Shown one piece after another: positions 39,193-48,394 of a stretch of 64,000 nt of DNA; the stretch's first letter is position 1, and each line of letters starts with the position of its first letter. The notes below the pieces were generated by a model that saw only the letters and a program-made list of their open reading frames with translations, was not told the origin of the DNA and made no database searches. Location: NCBI GenBank assembly GCA_964415355.1, contig CAYPYS010000003.1:68156-132155 (forward strand). Reading direction: 5' to 3'. A program made the translations under genes and the position numbers. This stretch comes from an uncultured Planctomycetia bacterium. Lineage in GTDB: Bacteria > Omnitrophota > Gorgyraeia > Gorgyraeales > Gorgyraeaceae.

Positions 39193-40665
39193 GCGTAGAT
39201 CTTCCTCGCTAAAGACCTCTGCTGAAAAAATATAGATCTCCGTGGATTCATCCTTCCAGCTATCTTTTGAGAGACCGGCTTTCAAACAGGTATGCTCAAG
39301 AAATGTCTCTCTGTCCCAGCCATATTCTGTCGGCACCTGTGGCAGGAGAAGCCCTGAATTAAACCCGCGCTTCATAACAAGCCCGTGCTTGCCTACCTCT
39401 ATTTCTTTTATGTCGCTGATTCTTTTAAGAGGGGTAAGAACCGATATCTCTAATTCGATATCACCCAATTCTCCTTTGGACACTGGAGAAAAGCGATAAT
39501 CATTTATTGCCGCAGACTTCGCAACATCTTTTACTGTCTCATAGAGAGGCTTGACAGCTTGGATATAACCAATGCACCCGCGAAGCTGTCCATGTTTTTT
39601 TATAGTGACAAATGCACCGCAATTCTCTTTTAAACGCGCCTCACTCACCTGAACATCGGCCTGTCGTTCTCCTGTAACAGCCTCCAGAACAGAAACCTTT
39701 GCAATAGACATAAGTTTTTTCTTCTCTGCTTTATTAAGATACTCGTCTTTCATTATCATCTCCCCCTTCTTTTCCAATTCGTCAGGGATGTATATAGCTA
39801 TGCTCGAATAACCAACCACCCTAGATTTGTCACCTGTCACGTCTCCTGAGTTTGCGTATTTTAAAATCTTTGCCTTAGCACCGTGCATATTTGCGAGCAT
39901 AATAGTGCTTAAAACCGCTATAGGCGCATCTATCTCTGTATCGCCGCTTCGAAGCTGCTCGAGTAACCATTCCGCATCAAGTTTCTCTATAGCACTAATG
40001 CCGCTCGTATCAAGCTGCACTGCTTTATCGTAAGCATGATAATGCGAAAGATCTGCGCTGACAATCAATAAAGTATCCTTATCCATTACATCATAAAGCG
40101 CATTACTCAATATTTTTATGTCTTCAAAAATAGGATTACCCATTGTAACGGGCACGATTTTAAAGTCTCTTCTTTTGTATATCCTCTGCAGAAATGGCAG
40201 TTCAACTTCTATCGCATGCTCTTTTTCGTGAGATTCAGGATAAAATATAAATCTCTCATTCTTCTGGATCAACCTGTCCGCAAGCGCCTCGTCTATACTG
40301 ACGAGTCCCAGCGGGGTCTCGAACGAGCCTTTATTATAAACAGAAATCCCATTAAACCCCACATAATGGCTCGGCGAAATGATTATTATTTTTTTAAAAT
40401 TCAGGCCTTGGAGTTCTTTAAAACCATACGCAGCGACCTGACCCGAATATACATAACCAGCATGCGGCACAATAATAGCAAGGAGCCTGCCTTTAAGATC
40501 GACTTTTTCCGCATTATCCAAATACAGATCTATGCTTTTTATTAATTCACTTTTGTCCTGTGAATAAAACGCGCCTGCTACTGCTGGTTTTCTTACTTCT
40601 TCGGAAGAAGTGGGGCTACAGGACATCAATGATACTAGTATTATAAATATAAGTATTTTTTTCAT
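39190..40665 (-). CDS. amrB: AmmeMemoRadiSAM protein B (MEMO1) and protein A (AMMECR1) fusion, lipoprotein
   Basis: Lipobox LMSC; RKPAVAGAFY, PHAGYVYSG, EHAIEVELPF, DLSHY; then GAFVT, LRGCIG, GLLLPQV, CLKAG. Confidence 0.92.
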   Translation of the reverse strand: MKKILIFIILVSLMSCSPTSSEEVRKPAVAGAFYSQDKSELIKSIDLYLDNAEKVDLKGRLLAIIVPHAGYVYSGQVAAYGFKELQGLNFKKIIIISPSHYVGFNGISVYNKGSFETPLGLVSIDEALADRLIQKNERFIFYPESHEKEHAIEVELPFLQRIYKRRDFKIVPVTMGNPIFEDIKILSNALYDVMDKDTLLIVSADLSHYHAYDKAVQLDTSGISAIEKLDAEWLLEQLRSGDTEIDAPIAVLSTIMLANMHGAKAKILKYANSGDVTGDKSRVVGYSSIAIYIPDELEKKGEMIMKDEYLNKAEKKKLMSIAKVSVLEAVTGERQADVQVSEARLKENCGAFVTIKKHGQLRGCIGYIQAVKPLYETVKDVAKSAAINDYRFSPVSKGELGDIELEISVLTPLKRISDIKEIEVGKHGLVMKRGFNSGLLLPQVPTEYGWDRETFLEHTCLKAGLSKDSWKDESTEIYIFSAEVFSEEDLR

Positions 40666-40668
40666 GGT

Positions 40669-40821
40669 TTAGCCTGCCAGATTTTTATAATAACGCGCCT
40701 CTTTATGAGAAACCTCTTTCTCTTTGCCAAATAATTTAAAAACAGGTATGGCTAATAGAGACAAGATCCCAAAAAATCCTATTCTCAAGAACTCTTTCCG
40801 CGTAATCTTTTTATTTATCAT
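40669..40821 (-). CDS. Small 50-aa membrane peptide, Tat-like N-terminus, EARYY C-terminus (not in ORF track)
   Basis: AGGAG RBS; MINKKITRKEFLRIGFFGILSLLAIPVFKLFGKEKEVSHKEARYYKNLAG*. Confidence 0.75.
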   Translation of the reverse strand: MINKKITRKEFLRIGFFGILSLLAIPVFKLFGKEKEVSHKEARYYKNLAG

Positions 40822-40835
40822 GTCAACTCCTATAG

Positions 40836-40858
40836 ATTCCCGCTTGCGCGGGAATGAC
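40836..40858. repeat. ATTCCC-N8-GGGAAT (dRS3/REP-like) hairpin
   Basis: ATTCCCGCTTGCGCGGGAATGAC. Confidence 0.65.
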
Positions 40859-40864
40859 TTTTTT

Positions 40865-40901
40865 TAAGTATACATTTCAACAATGTTAAAGTGTATACTT
40901 A
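40865..40901. repeat. Palindromic element copy 21 (supplies amrS stop)
   Basis: TAAGTATACATTTCAACAATGTTAAAGTGTATACTTA. Confidence 0.95.
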
Positions 40902-41876
40902 CTGCCATCTACCTGGAATGGCATGATTGCAGAATTTGCATCTGCCGCTTTCGTCAAGATTGTAACTCAGGATCATATATCCGCGCCTTCCAATAACCAT
41001 ATTTTTGCAAACCGGACAATAAGTATTATTACCGTCATGCCCTGGCACATTGCCTACATACACGTAGTGCATGCCTTTAGCAAGCGCCGTATTTCTCGCT
41101 GTCGTGAGGACTTCTTCTGGCGTGGGAGGTAGATTCTTTAATTGAAACGTAGGCCAGAATCTGGAAAAATGCATTGGCACTTCAGGTCCGACATTATTTA
41201 TCACCCAATCGCACAGTTTAGAAAAATCCTCTGTTGTATCATTATATGTGGGGACGACAAGATTCGTGAGTTCCACCCAAACTCCTCTTTTTTTCATAGT
41301 CTTTATCGCATCGAGAACCGGTTGCAAGGTCCCTTTTGGCACTGTTCTGTAAAATTTATCCGTGATCCCTTTTAAATCAATGTTTGCCGCGTCAACAAAA
41401 CCAATGGCCTCATCCAAAGGCTCTGGATTTATATATGCAGCGGTCACCCATACATTCAAAATACCGTTTTCATGAGCGATCCTTCCTGTATCAGCGGCGT
41501 ATTCAAAGAATACTACTGGATCAGAATAGGTATAGGCAATGGTCCTGGAATTGGTTTCTTTAGCCTGTTGCACGACGCGCTCGGGAGGAAGGTCGAAATT
41601 ACGCGTATTTTCAGGCTCTCTCTGAGATATCTCCCAGTTTTGGCAATACATGCAATGCAGATTACACCCTGCCGTGGCTATAGAAAAAGAATTGCTCCCG
41701 GGAAGATAGTGAAACAATGGTTTTTTCTCTATCGGGTCAACGTGTACTGCGCACGGCTTTCCGTATACGAGCGTCTGGAGCTTGCCTTCGATATTCATAC
41801 GCGCCCTACAGTCTCCTCTATCGCCATTTCCAAGCTCACATCCTGTGGGACACAGCAGGCATTTTACTTTTTTCAC
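40899..41876 (-). CDS. amrS: AmmeMemoRadiSAM radical SAM enzyme
   Basis: CLLCPTGC, DPIEKKPLFH, GCNLHCMYCQNWEISQ, HFSRF, YVYVGNV. Confidence 0.93.
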   Translation of the reverse strand: MKKVKCLLCPTGCELGNGDRGDCRARMNIEGKLQTLVYGKPCAVHVDPIEKKPLFHYLPGSNSFSIATAGCNLHCMYCQNWEISQREPENTRNFDLPPERVVQQAKETNSRTIAYTYSDPVVFFEYAADTGRIAHENGILNVWVTAAYINPEPLDEAIGFVDAANIDLKGITDKFYRTVPKGTLQPVLDAIKTMKKRGVWVELTNLVVPTYNDTTEDFSKLCDWVINNVGPEVPMHFSRFWPTFQLKNLPPTPEEVLTTARNTALAKGMHYVYVGNVPGHDGNNTYCPVCKNMVIGRRGYMILSYNLDESGRCKFCNHAIPGRWQ

Positions 41877-42082
41877 TCTGTCACCCTGTAATATTTTGCC
41901 TCTCGAGGCGCCAATCCTAACTCTTCTAACCTGGACAAAATCCCTGAGGAATTTTTTACGTTTTCGACTTTTTCTTCTTTTCTCTGGAAACTGACACTTT
42001 CCAGATTCTCTGATATTACAATCCCAAATAGTATGAGCAAAGCTATAGTCAAAATAATAAATATACTATCTTTTGCCTTCAT
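41873..42082 (-). CDS. Small membrane-anchored protein ending in EAKYYR (AmrS N-terminus-like)
   Basis: N-terminal TM; 4-bp overlaps with both neighbours. Confidence 0.75.
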   Translation of the reverse strand: MKAKDSIFIILTIALLILFGIVISENLESVSFQRKEEKVENVKNSSGILSRLEELGLAPREAKYYRVTE

Positions 42083-43245
42083 TTTTTTCTAAAGACCCTT
42101 CTTCCCCATTTCGATATCATATCCATGCATGCGCCTGCGGCGCAAAAATAATTGCAGAATGGACGGTGATGAAATAGCGACGATACTAATATTATTATGA
42201 CAATCGCCCATGTGATAGCAGTCCCTCTTCTTAAAAAGACGGTCGAAAATGGTTCATAGTTTACAATGTTCGGATTATTCAATGATATAAGCAAAACTGT
42301 AAACACCCATAATAAGATATATCTTATTTTCCTTAGCCTACCCGCAAGAGCTGGCGTTATTTCCAGCCTAAACTTAAATATCTTCTTCAAAAATATCTGG
42401 AGCCCGCCAAAAGGGCACATATATGAACAATAAAATGCGCCTAATAAAAATGTGAGAATGATCCCGGAAAAAATAAAAACATACCAGGCAATCTCAGTTT
42501 TTAAGTCTGGCAAGTTCCATAGAAACACCTTGCCGAGATTTGTCATGGATATAAAATTCGCCTTTAAAAAACCAAAGTACATAATAGAAATTATAAGGCC
42601 TGTATACCTGAGAAAATCTTTTTTAAAATAAAATGCAACCAAGAGAAATGTTATAATCAAAACAGTCATATAGAAATCTATGTTACTACCTCCCCTGGCC
42701 TCCGGACCGCCAGCCAAATGAGCGCTGGCTGGATCAATTATAATCTGCATTTTTTCTGTGCATATTCTAACTATGCCAGCAACTGCCTTGCTGGATATAC
42801 TAGCGTGAGTTATAGCGTCCATATCTTCGCCAATAATAAATCTGTCTTTAGGTCCTTTTCCTATAAATTGATCTAAAAATCTTCTCTCGTTAATCCCATT
42901 CACGTAGTCAGGAGTTTCAGCGTGCTGTAATACTTTGATATTTTGTATACCGCCATAAACATTAAATCCTATCAATATCTCGATAGGCCCGCCATAGCCC
43001 TTTGCATCAGGCGCTACGTCTATGGAGTTGACGCAATAGCCTATTAAATTATTATCCTTGTATGCCTGGTAATACAAAAACGGCTCGTCCGCTTCTCTGA
43101 AAAAATCAGCTTCTGGCATGAGCGAGCCTAATTCAGCATGCGAAAGCGGCAAATCCTTTGATTGCATCCTGCCATAAATATTAAACCCAATGGCGATCAG
43201 AAGCGTTGCAACAACAAGTATGTTCACAAGGATCTTCTTTTGCAT
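42079..43245 (-). CDS. FMN-binding plus 4Fe-4S binding membrane protein (NosR/NirI-like)
   Basis: GYGGPI, HAETP, DAITHASISS, FYCSYMCPFG, FCNYFCAAG. Confidence 0.82.
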   Translation of the reverse strand: MQKKILVNILVVATLLIAIGFNIYGRMQSKDLPLSHAELGSLMPEADFFREADEPFLYYQAYKDNNLIGYCVNSIDVAPDAKGYGGPIEILIGFNVYGGIQNIKVLQHAETPDYVNGINERRFLDQFIGKGPKDRFIIGEDMDAITHASISSKAVAGIVRICTEKMQIIIDPASAHLAGGPEARGGSNIDFYMTVLIITFLLVAFYFKKDFLRYTGLIISIMYFGFLKANFISMTNLGKVFLWNLPDLKTEIAWYVFIFSGIILTFLLGAFYCSYMCPFGGLQIFLKKIFKFRLEITPALAGRLRKIRYILLWVFTVLLISLNNPNIVNYEPFSTVFLRRGTAITWAIVIIILVSSLFHHRPFCNYFCAAGACMDMISKWGRRVFRKK

Positions 43246-43258
43246 CTCTCTACTGTCT

Positions 43259-43295
43259 TAACTTTACATTTCAACAACGTTAAAATGTAAAGTTA
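43259..43295. repeat. Palindromic element copy 22 (supplies lgt stop)
   Basis: TAACTTTACATTTCAACAACGTTAAAATGTAAAGTTA. Confidence 0.95.
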
Positions 43296-44054
43296 AGCTT
43301 TCTTTTTCTGTGCAAATAATATGAACGCGGCTACAAAAATTGCACCGCTTATGACCTGAGCTATTTTTATATTTGTATCCCAGATATAGAGGCTGTCCCC
43401 ACGCAGGCTAGAGACAAATACTCTTATGCAATTATACATCATCAGATATAGCAGAAAAAGTCCGCCGTCAAATCTTATCTTTTTCCTGAGTGCCCACAGG
43501 ACAAAAAAACCTATCATGCTAAAAAAAGACTCATAGAGCTGCGTAGGATGGACTGCTAATCCATTATATGCGAGATCAGCTAAAGTCTCCTTTGGAAACC
43601 TCACGCCAAATATTGACTCAGTAGGTACACCAAAACAACATCCGTTAAAAAAACAACCTATCCGTCCAATTGCCTGGCCTAGTATTATAGAAGGCGCTAC
43701 AATATCAGCCAATTTCCAGAAAGACGCCTTGTGGATCTTTGAAAATAAAAGACCTGCTAATATTCCTCCAAAAACTGCCCCGTGTATGGCCAGCCCCCCT
43801 TCCCATACCTTTAATATAGAAAAAGGCTCTTTTATAAAAACCTGAGGATTGAAAAATATCAGATAATAGAGGCGGCCGCCTAAAAGCGAACCTATTATAA
43901 GATAAAATGAAAGGTCATATAGCAGATCCGGTTTTATATTTTTACGGTGCGCTTCTAACCTTGCAATAAAAATACCAAAAAGAAAAGCTATGGCAACTAA
44001 TAAGCCATAGCTATAAATCGTAACAGGCCCAAATTTGGCTATGATTGGATACAT
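43293..44054 (-). CDS. lgt: Prolipoprotein diacylglyceryl transferase
   Basis: YSYG, GGRLYY, WEGGLAIHG, GRIGCFFNG, HPTQLYE. Confidence 0.93.
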   Translation of the reverse strand: MYPIIAKFGPVTIYSYGLLVAIAFLFGIFIARLEAHRKNIKPDLLYDLSFYLIIGSLLGGRLYYLIFFNPQVFIKEPFSILKVWEGGLAIHGAVFGGILAGLLFSKIHKASFWKLADIVAPSIILGQAIGRIGCFFNGCCFGVPTESIFGVRFPKETLADLAYNGLAVHPTQLYESFFSMIGFFVLWALRKKIRFDGGLFLLYLMMYNCIRVFVSSLRGDSLYIWDTNIKIAQVISGAIFVAAFILFAQKKKA

Positions 44055-44064
44055 AGGGTGTTTT

Positions 44065-44721
44065 TTATTTGCTGGCGTACCCTACAGGAATAATGTACAA
44101 AGGAACAAGCTCTTCCGAAAGACCGAGCAATTCCTTAACTTCTTCATCTGAAAATGCGCCCAAAGGGATAGAGCCTAGTCCTTCTGCAACTGCCTGCAAG
44201 TGCACATTCTGTGCAGCATGACCGACTTCGATATACACATAATTCTCGCCCCTCTCGCCATAGCGACCTGTTGTCCTTTTAAAATCAGCGCATATGACTA
44301 TGTCTATCGAAGCATCTCTAACAAAACTCTGACCATAGCAGGCCCGGAAAAGCTCTGGCCGCATATCTTTGTCTTTAAGTCTCTTTAAAGCGTGGACATC
44401 AGGTACATATTGAAAAAATCCATCAGCGCTTATGAGGTAGATTTCCAAAGGATATGTGGCTCCGGCTGAGGGTGCGCTACGAAAATTTTTCTTTTCACTG
44501 GTAATCCCCTGGCAAGACCAGAGAAGCTGGCTGATCTGGTCAAGCGTCAATGCTTCACCTGACAGACTTCTCTCAGACCTCCTTCTCTTGATAGTTTCCT
44601 CTAAAGAAATATTGCCTTTTTCTTTGGGTTTGGGAAGCTTTACTATCATGTCCTCGTCCCCGTACGCAAACGTAGATAAAAATAACAAAATCACACCAAC
44701 AATATATCTACAAGACCTCAT
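44065..44721 (-). CDS. SagB/ThcOx-family nitroreductase-like dehydrogenase with signal peptide
   Basis: RRSER, RSAPSAGATYPLE, YGERG, EVGHAAQN. Confidence 0.88.
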   Translation of the reverse strand: MRSCRYIVGVILLFLSTFAYGDEDMIVKLPKPKEKGNISLEETIKRRRSERSLSGEALTLDQISQLLWSCQGITSEKKNFRSAPSAGATYPLEIYLISADGFFQYVPDVHALKRLKDKDMRPELFRACYGQSFVRDASIDIVICADFKRTTGRYGERGENYVYIEVGHAAQNVHLQAVAEGLGSIPLGAFSDEEVKELLGLSEELVPLYIIPVGYASK

Positions 44722-44732
44722 TCACTAATCCT

Positions 44733-44769
44733 TAACTTTACACTTTAACGTTGTTGAAATGTAAAGTTA
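44733..44769. repeat. Palindromic element copy 23 (supplies thyA stop)
   Basis: TAACTTTACACTTTAACGTTGTTGAAATGTAAAGTTA. Confidence 0.95.
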
Positions 44770-45516
44770 CTTGATTTCGATGTCGAGTTTACCGGTCCTC
44801 TGTTTCGCGAGGTCCCAGCTGTAATCATAGAGATGAAGACCTTTGCTCGTAGCGATGATCTCACCGTTTTCGACTCCTATCTCTTCTGCCATGTATTGTT
44901 TTACGAGCTCCAGACCTCCCAGGTTTGACGGGAAACCGCCCCATAGATCCCACGACCTAAAATACGGGAAAAAGTGAAGCTTACCATACCTGATACGAGT
45001 ATCTATCAGGCGCAGGCAAGGAGGATCATTGAGTTTTATATCAGAAGGCATGCCGATTTCCATAACTGCCTGGTTGGTACCGTGACCTTGCGTCTTATAT
45101 ATCTTTATAACCTCTTCTACCTGATTGACCTCGAGCGGCATCTCACTCACCATCTCTTTGCCGCCTACTGATTGCTTGACCCTGACCTTTGCATCAACCA
45201 ACCTCTCTCCATATGTATAATCCTCTGTCTCTGTCTTTTGCCCGGTCAATAGATAAGAAAGATAGCCGTTTATATATTCCATGCTCGTAGGGGCCGGTAT
45301 CCCAGAACCTTCAGGTATTATAGGTATGATCTGATGGCTGGGATTCTTTATCCTAACAGCGACGAAGTCGAACTCGAGCCGTTTTTGATCCTTATAGCTC
45401 CCTTTTGTTATAGTATACACATGACCGTGGTCGAGTATCTTTGAAAGACATTGAAACCACGCATCGTCTAAATCAAACGCCTCGATATAAACGGGCTTGA
45501 GCCCCTCTTTTCCCAT
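44767..45516 (-). CDS. thyA: Thymidylate synthase (archaeal-like short form)
   Basis: YTYGERL, DPPCLR, YFRSWD, FPSN, LHLY. Confidence 0.82.
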   Translation of the reverse strand: MGKEGLKPVYIEAFDLDDAWFQCLSKILDHGHVYTITKGSYKDQKRLEFDFVAVRIKNPSHQIIPIIPEGSGIPAPTSMEYINGYLSYLLTGQKTETEDYTYGERLVDAKVRVKQSVGGKEMVSEMPLEVNQVEEVIKIYKTQGHGTNQAVMEIGMPSDIKLNDPPCLRLIDTRIRYGKLHFFPYFRSWDLWGGFPSNLGGLELVKQYMAEEIGVENGEIIATSKGLHLYDYSWDLAKQRTGKLDIEIK

Positions 45517-46013
45517 TATTTCAACCCCCAATGCCTCTCTAGTTCTTCGTTTATGCGCCGCACCTTAGCGCTTTCCAGATGCTTTTCTTTTATTTTACGC
45601 CTATTGACTTTTTTCTTCAACATAATTATGTTTTCCAGCTCTTTGATAGATATGATATCGCGACCAAAAACCTTTGCATGATTGCGGACAAAATTATCGT
45701 CTGAGGCGACCTTTATTTTATCAGACGATTTTGCATTTCTCAATATGTCTACAATAACGCTGTCAGCGTCTCTGTCAGCTGTAGCGAACAAGACTTCCAC
45801 GCGGCCATAAGAATGCCTTCTCACGCCTAATTCCTTCTCGCGGCTGTCAAAGACCAAATAGACTTTCTCAAATATGGATTTTTGAGCCAAAAAATTCTGC
45901 AATATCTGGATAAAAGACAGGCGGGCCGTCTCGAGGCTTATGTCTTTTTTGGCTTCGAGCTCTCTAATTTTACTTATAGCATTATAACCATCTATAACTA
46001 AACAGCCCTGCAC
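45516..46013 (-). CDS. NYN-domain protein (YacP/Rae1-like)
   Basis: LVIDGYN, LVFD, DADSVI, VASDD. Confidence 0.85.
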   Translation of the reverse strand: MQGCLVIDGYNAISKIRELEAKKDISLETARLSFIQILQNFLAQKSIFEKVYLVFDSREKELGVRRHSYGRVEVLFATADRDADSVIVDILRNAKSSDKIKVASDDNFVRNHAKVFGRDIISIKELENIIMLKKKVNRRKIKEKHLESAKVRRINEELERHWGLK

Positions 46014-46432
46014 GTAACACCCTCTTTTTTCAAAAGTGCTGTTGTCACGCCATCGCCTTTGATTAAATGCGACTTGAAGCTACCGTCATAAATCTCACCG
46101 ACGCCGCACGAAGGGCTTTTTGATTTCAAAATAGATTCTTTTATATTAAATTTTTTTACGATGTCGAGCGCGGCAACCGCGCCTTTTAAGAATTCAAGAG
46201 TTACATCTTGCCCATTTTCATCAAAAACCTTTGCCTCTCCACTTAAAACATCCTGGCCCTCTCCTCCTTTGATCTCTGTCTTTGTGCGGGGGATCGCTCT
46301 GCCACCAAGGACCTCTGGACAAACAGCTACTGCCTGTTTTTTGTCGACGAGTTCCTTTATTTCAGGATTCAATCTATGCTTTCCGTCCCATGAGCAATTT
46401 TTTCCAGCCAGACATGCGCTTACCAATATCAT
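45998..46432 (-). CDS. DUF523 / 2-thiouracil desulfurase family protein
   Basis: ILVSACLAG, CPEVLGG, LKSKSPSCG. Confidence 0.9.
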   Translation of the reverse strand: MILVSACLAGKNCSWDGKHRLNPEIKELVDKKQAVAVCPEVLGGRAIPRTKTEIKGGEGQDVLSGEAKVFDENGQDVTLEFLKGAVAALDIVKKFNIKESILKSKSPSCGVGEIYDGSFKSHLIKGDGVTTALLKKEGVTCRAV

Positions 46433-47046
46433 ATGTCTAACTCCGATCTGACTTTATCTGTAGAGCCATTGCCATCAAAAACTAAACCCTTGATGCCTAA
46501 TTTCTCAGCTGCCTCGATCAGATCTCTCCTATCGTCTATATAAAGCGCTCTCGATTCTACAGTCTTTGCCGCATCAAGCGCAATCTTGTAAATCTCAGGC
46601 GCTGGCTTTCTAAGCCCGACTTCATAAGAAAGAATAAGTTTGTCAAATTTTTCAAAGACAGGCATTTTAGGTCTTAGAAATTTAAAATGTGTTTCATTAA
46701 GATTGGATATCATGATAAGCTTGTGGTCTCTTTTAATTTCTCCTAAAAACTTCTGCATCTTAAGGTTTTCCGACACCTCAAAGAATATATCATTCCAGAT
46801 GTTAAAAAAACTATCGCGATCCATGTCTAATTTGAGAAAATCCTTTACCCTATGAAAAAACTCGTCGGTAGTGATCGCCCCTTTTTCATACAGCTCTGTA
46901 AGAGGAGAATCGAAGAATAGATTATAGATATCTTCTTCTTTTTTAGGGGTGTGCTGTAAAATCTTCTTCGCGGCAATCCTGTGGTCAAAATTGATCAGGA
47001 CATTGCCCAAGTCAGATATTATTGTGTCGAATTTCTTCTGTACCAT
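46429..47046 (-). CDS. HAD-family phosphatase
   Basis: DLGNVL, ISN, KPAPEIY, YIDD. Confidence 0.9.
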   Translation of the reverse strand: MVQKKFDTIISDLGNVLINFDHRIAAKKILQHTPKKEEDIYNLFFDSPLTELYEKGAITTDEFFHRVKDFLKLDMDRDSFFNIWNDIFFEVSENLKMQKFLGEIKRDHKLIMISNLNETHFKFLRPKMPVFEKFDKLILSYEVGLRKPAPEIYKIALDAAKTVESRALYIDDRRDLIEAAEKLGIKGLVFDGNGSTDKVRSELDI

Positions 47047-47094
47047 AGTTAATTAGTATAGTCGGCTTATATCGTAGAATCAAGTACATTATAC

Positions 47095-47131
47095 TAACTT
47101 TACATTTCAACAACGTTAAAGTGTAAAGTTA
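47095..47131. repeat. Palindromic element copy 24 (supplies stop)
   Basis: Consensus copy. Confidence 0.95.
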
Positions 47132-48394
47132 GCGCCAGGTGAGCCAGAGAAAGATGTAAGCTGATGATACTGCGGCGAGGGTAAACGGAAGGCCTATCTT
47201 TAAAAAATCCAAGAAACCTACTTTGTAGCCACGCTCTCTGAGCATTCCCATTGAGACAATATTGGCTGAAGCGCCTATAGGAGTTATATTCCCCCCTAGA
47301 GTAGCGCCTATCAATAGGCCAAATAAGAATAACTCTGGCGCAGCGCCCATGCTGGATGCAAGGATCTTTGCGACAGGTATCATGGTTATGACATAGGGTA
47401 TGTTGTCTATAAATGCAGAGAATAAAACCGAGGCCCACACGATCAAGGTAAACGTAAGGAAGATGTTCCCACCTGTTACATCTGATATAAAATTTGCCAG
47501 GTCCTCTATTATGCCCACGTGGCTAAGCGTACCTATGAGGATAAATACACCTATCAAGAACAGAAATGTCCTCCAGTCTATATTTTTTATAAATGAAAAC
47601 TCCTCTTTACTGGAGATCTTATGCCAGAGAACCCCTATGCCGCCAAAAAATAGGCAGATCAGTGCGATCGAATAATAGGGCTTTTGCGTGATAAAACTGG
47701 AAACTCCTAGACTAGCTATCATAAGAGACATAAGAATAGTTGGCATCCATGTTTTAACCTTTACCTGCTCGATCCTTTCTGCGCGCTGCCTGAAACGCCT
47801 AAAAATAAGATACAAAACTACGAATGAAGCCACTGCGCCTATTTCCACTGCAAATGCAATGCCAGGTCTTCCTTTCATCCAGAAAAAGTCCATGAAATTC
47901 ATTCTATGGAGCATGGCAAGAATGATGCTGGGCGAATCTCCTATCATTGTCGCAGATCCCTGAAGATTAGAGCTCACGGCTATGCTTATCAAAAACGGAA
48001 TCGGATTGGCTTTTAATTTTTTGGCGACCTCGAATGCGATCGGCGCCACTATAATGACCGTTGCGACATTTTCTGTAAAACTGGATATGAAGCTTGAGAG
48101 AAGCGCGATGAACAAAATCGCCATTCCTACATTTTTGGATTTAGAGACGAGCCTTGTTGCAAGAAATCCAGGCACATTGGAATATATAAATAAGCCTGAG
48201 AGAATCATTGAGCCTAAAAATACTCCCAAGACATTAAAGTTTATGCTCGACAGTGCTTGTTTTAGATCAATTGCCTGGGAAATTAAAAGTATGGCAACGC
48301 CGCTGAATAGCGGGATAAGTGGATTGACTTTGCGGTTGAATAATATAACAGAAGCGTAAGTCAGCAGAAATATAGTAACTACAAAAATCTTCAT
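47129..48394 (-). CDS. ArsB/NhaD/SLC13-family permease
   Basis: SSFTENVATV, GSATMIGDSP, SAFIDNIP, GGNITPIGASAN. Confidence 0.88.
   Translation of the reverse strand: MKIFVVTIFLLTYASVILFNRKVNPLIPLFSGVAILLISQAIDLKQALSSINFNVLGVFLGSMILSGLFIYSNVPGFLATRLVSKSKNVGMAILFIALLSSFISSFTENVATVIIVAPIAFEVAKKLKANPIPFLISIAVSSNLQGSATMIGDSPSIILAMLHRMNFMDFFWMKGRPGIAFAVEIGAVASFVVLYLIFRRFRQRAERIEQVKVKTWMPTILMSLMIASLGVSSFITQKPYYSIALICLFFGGIGVLWHKISSKEEFSFIKNIDWRTFLFLIGVFILIGTLSHVGIIEDLANFISDVTGGNIFLTFTLIVWASVLFSAFIDNIPYVITMIPVAKILASSMGAAPELFLFGLLIGATLGGNITPIGASANIVSMGMLRERGYKVGFLDFLKIGLPFTLAAVSSAYIFLWLTWR

Noticed and set aside
40865-40901. Repeat as a dif/XerCD site (ATGTTAAA resembles the XerD arm)
   Set aside because: No 11-6-11 architecture or XerC arm; the match is limited to 8 nt in one subfamily.
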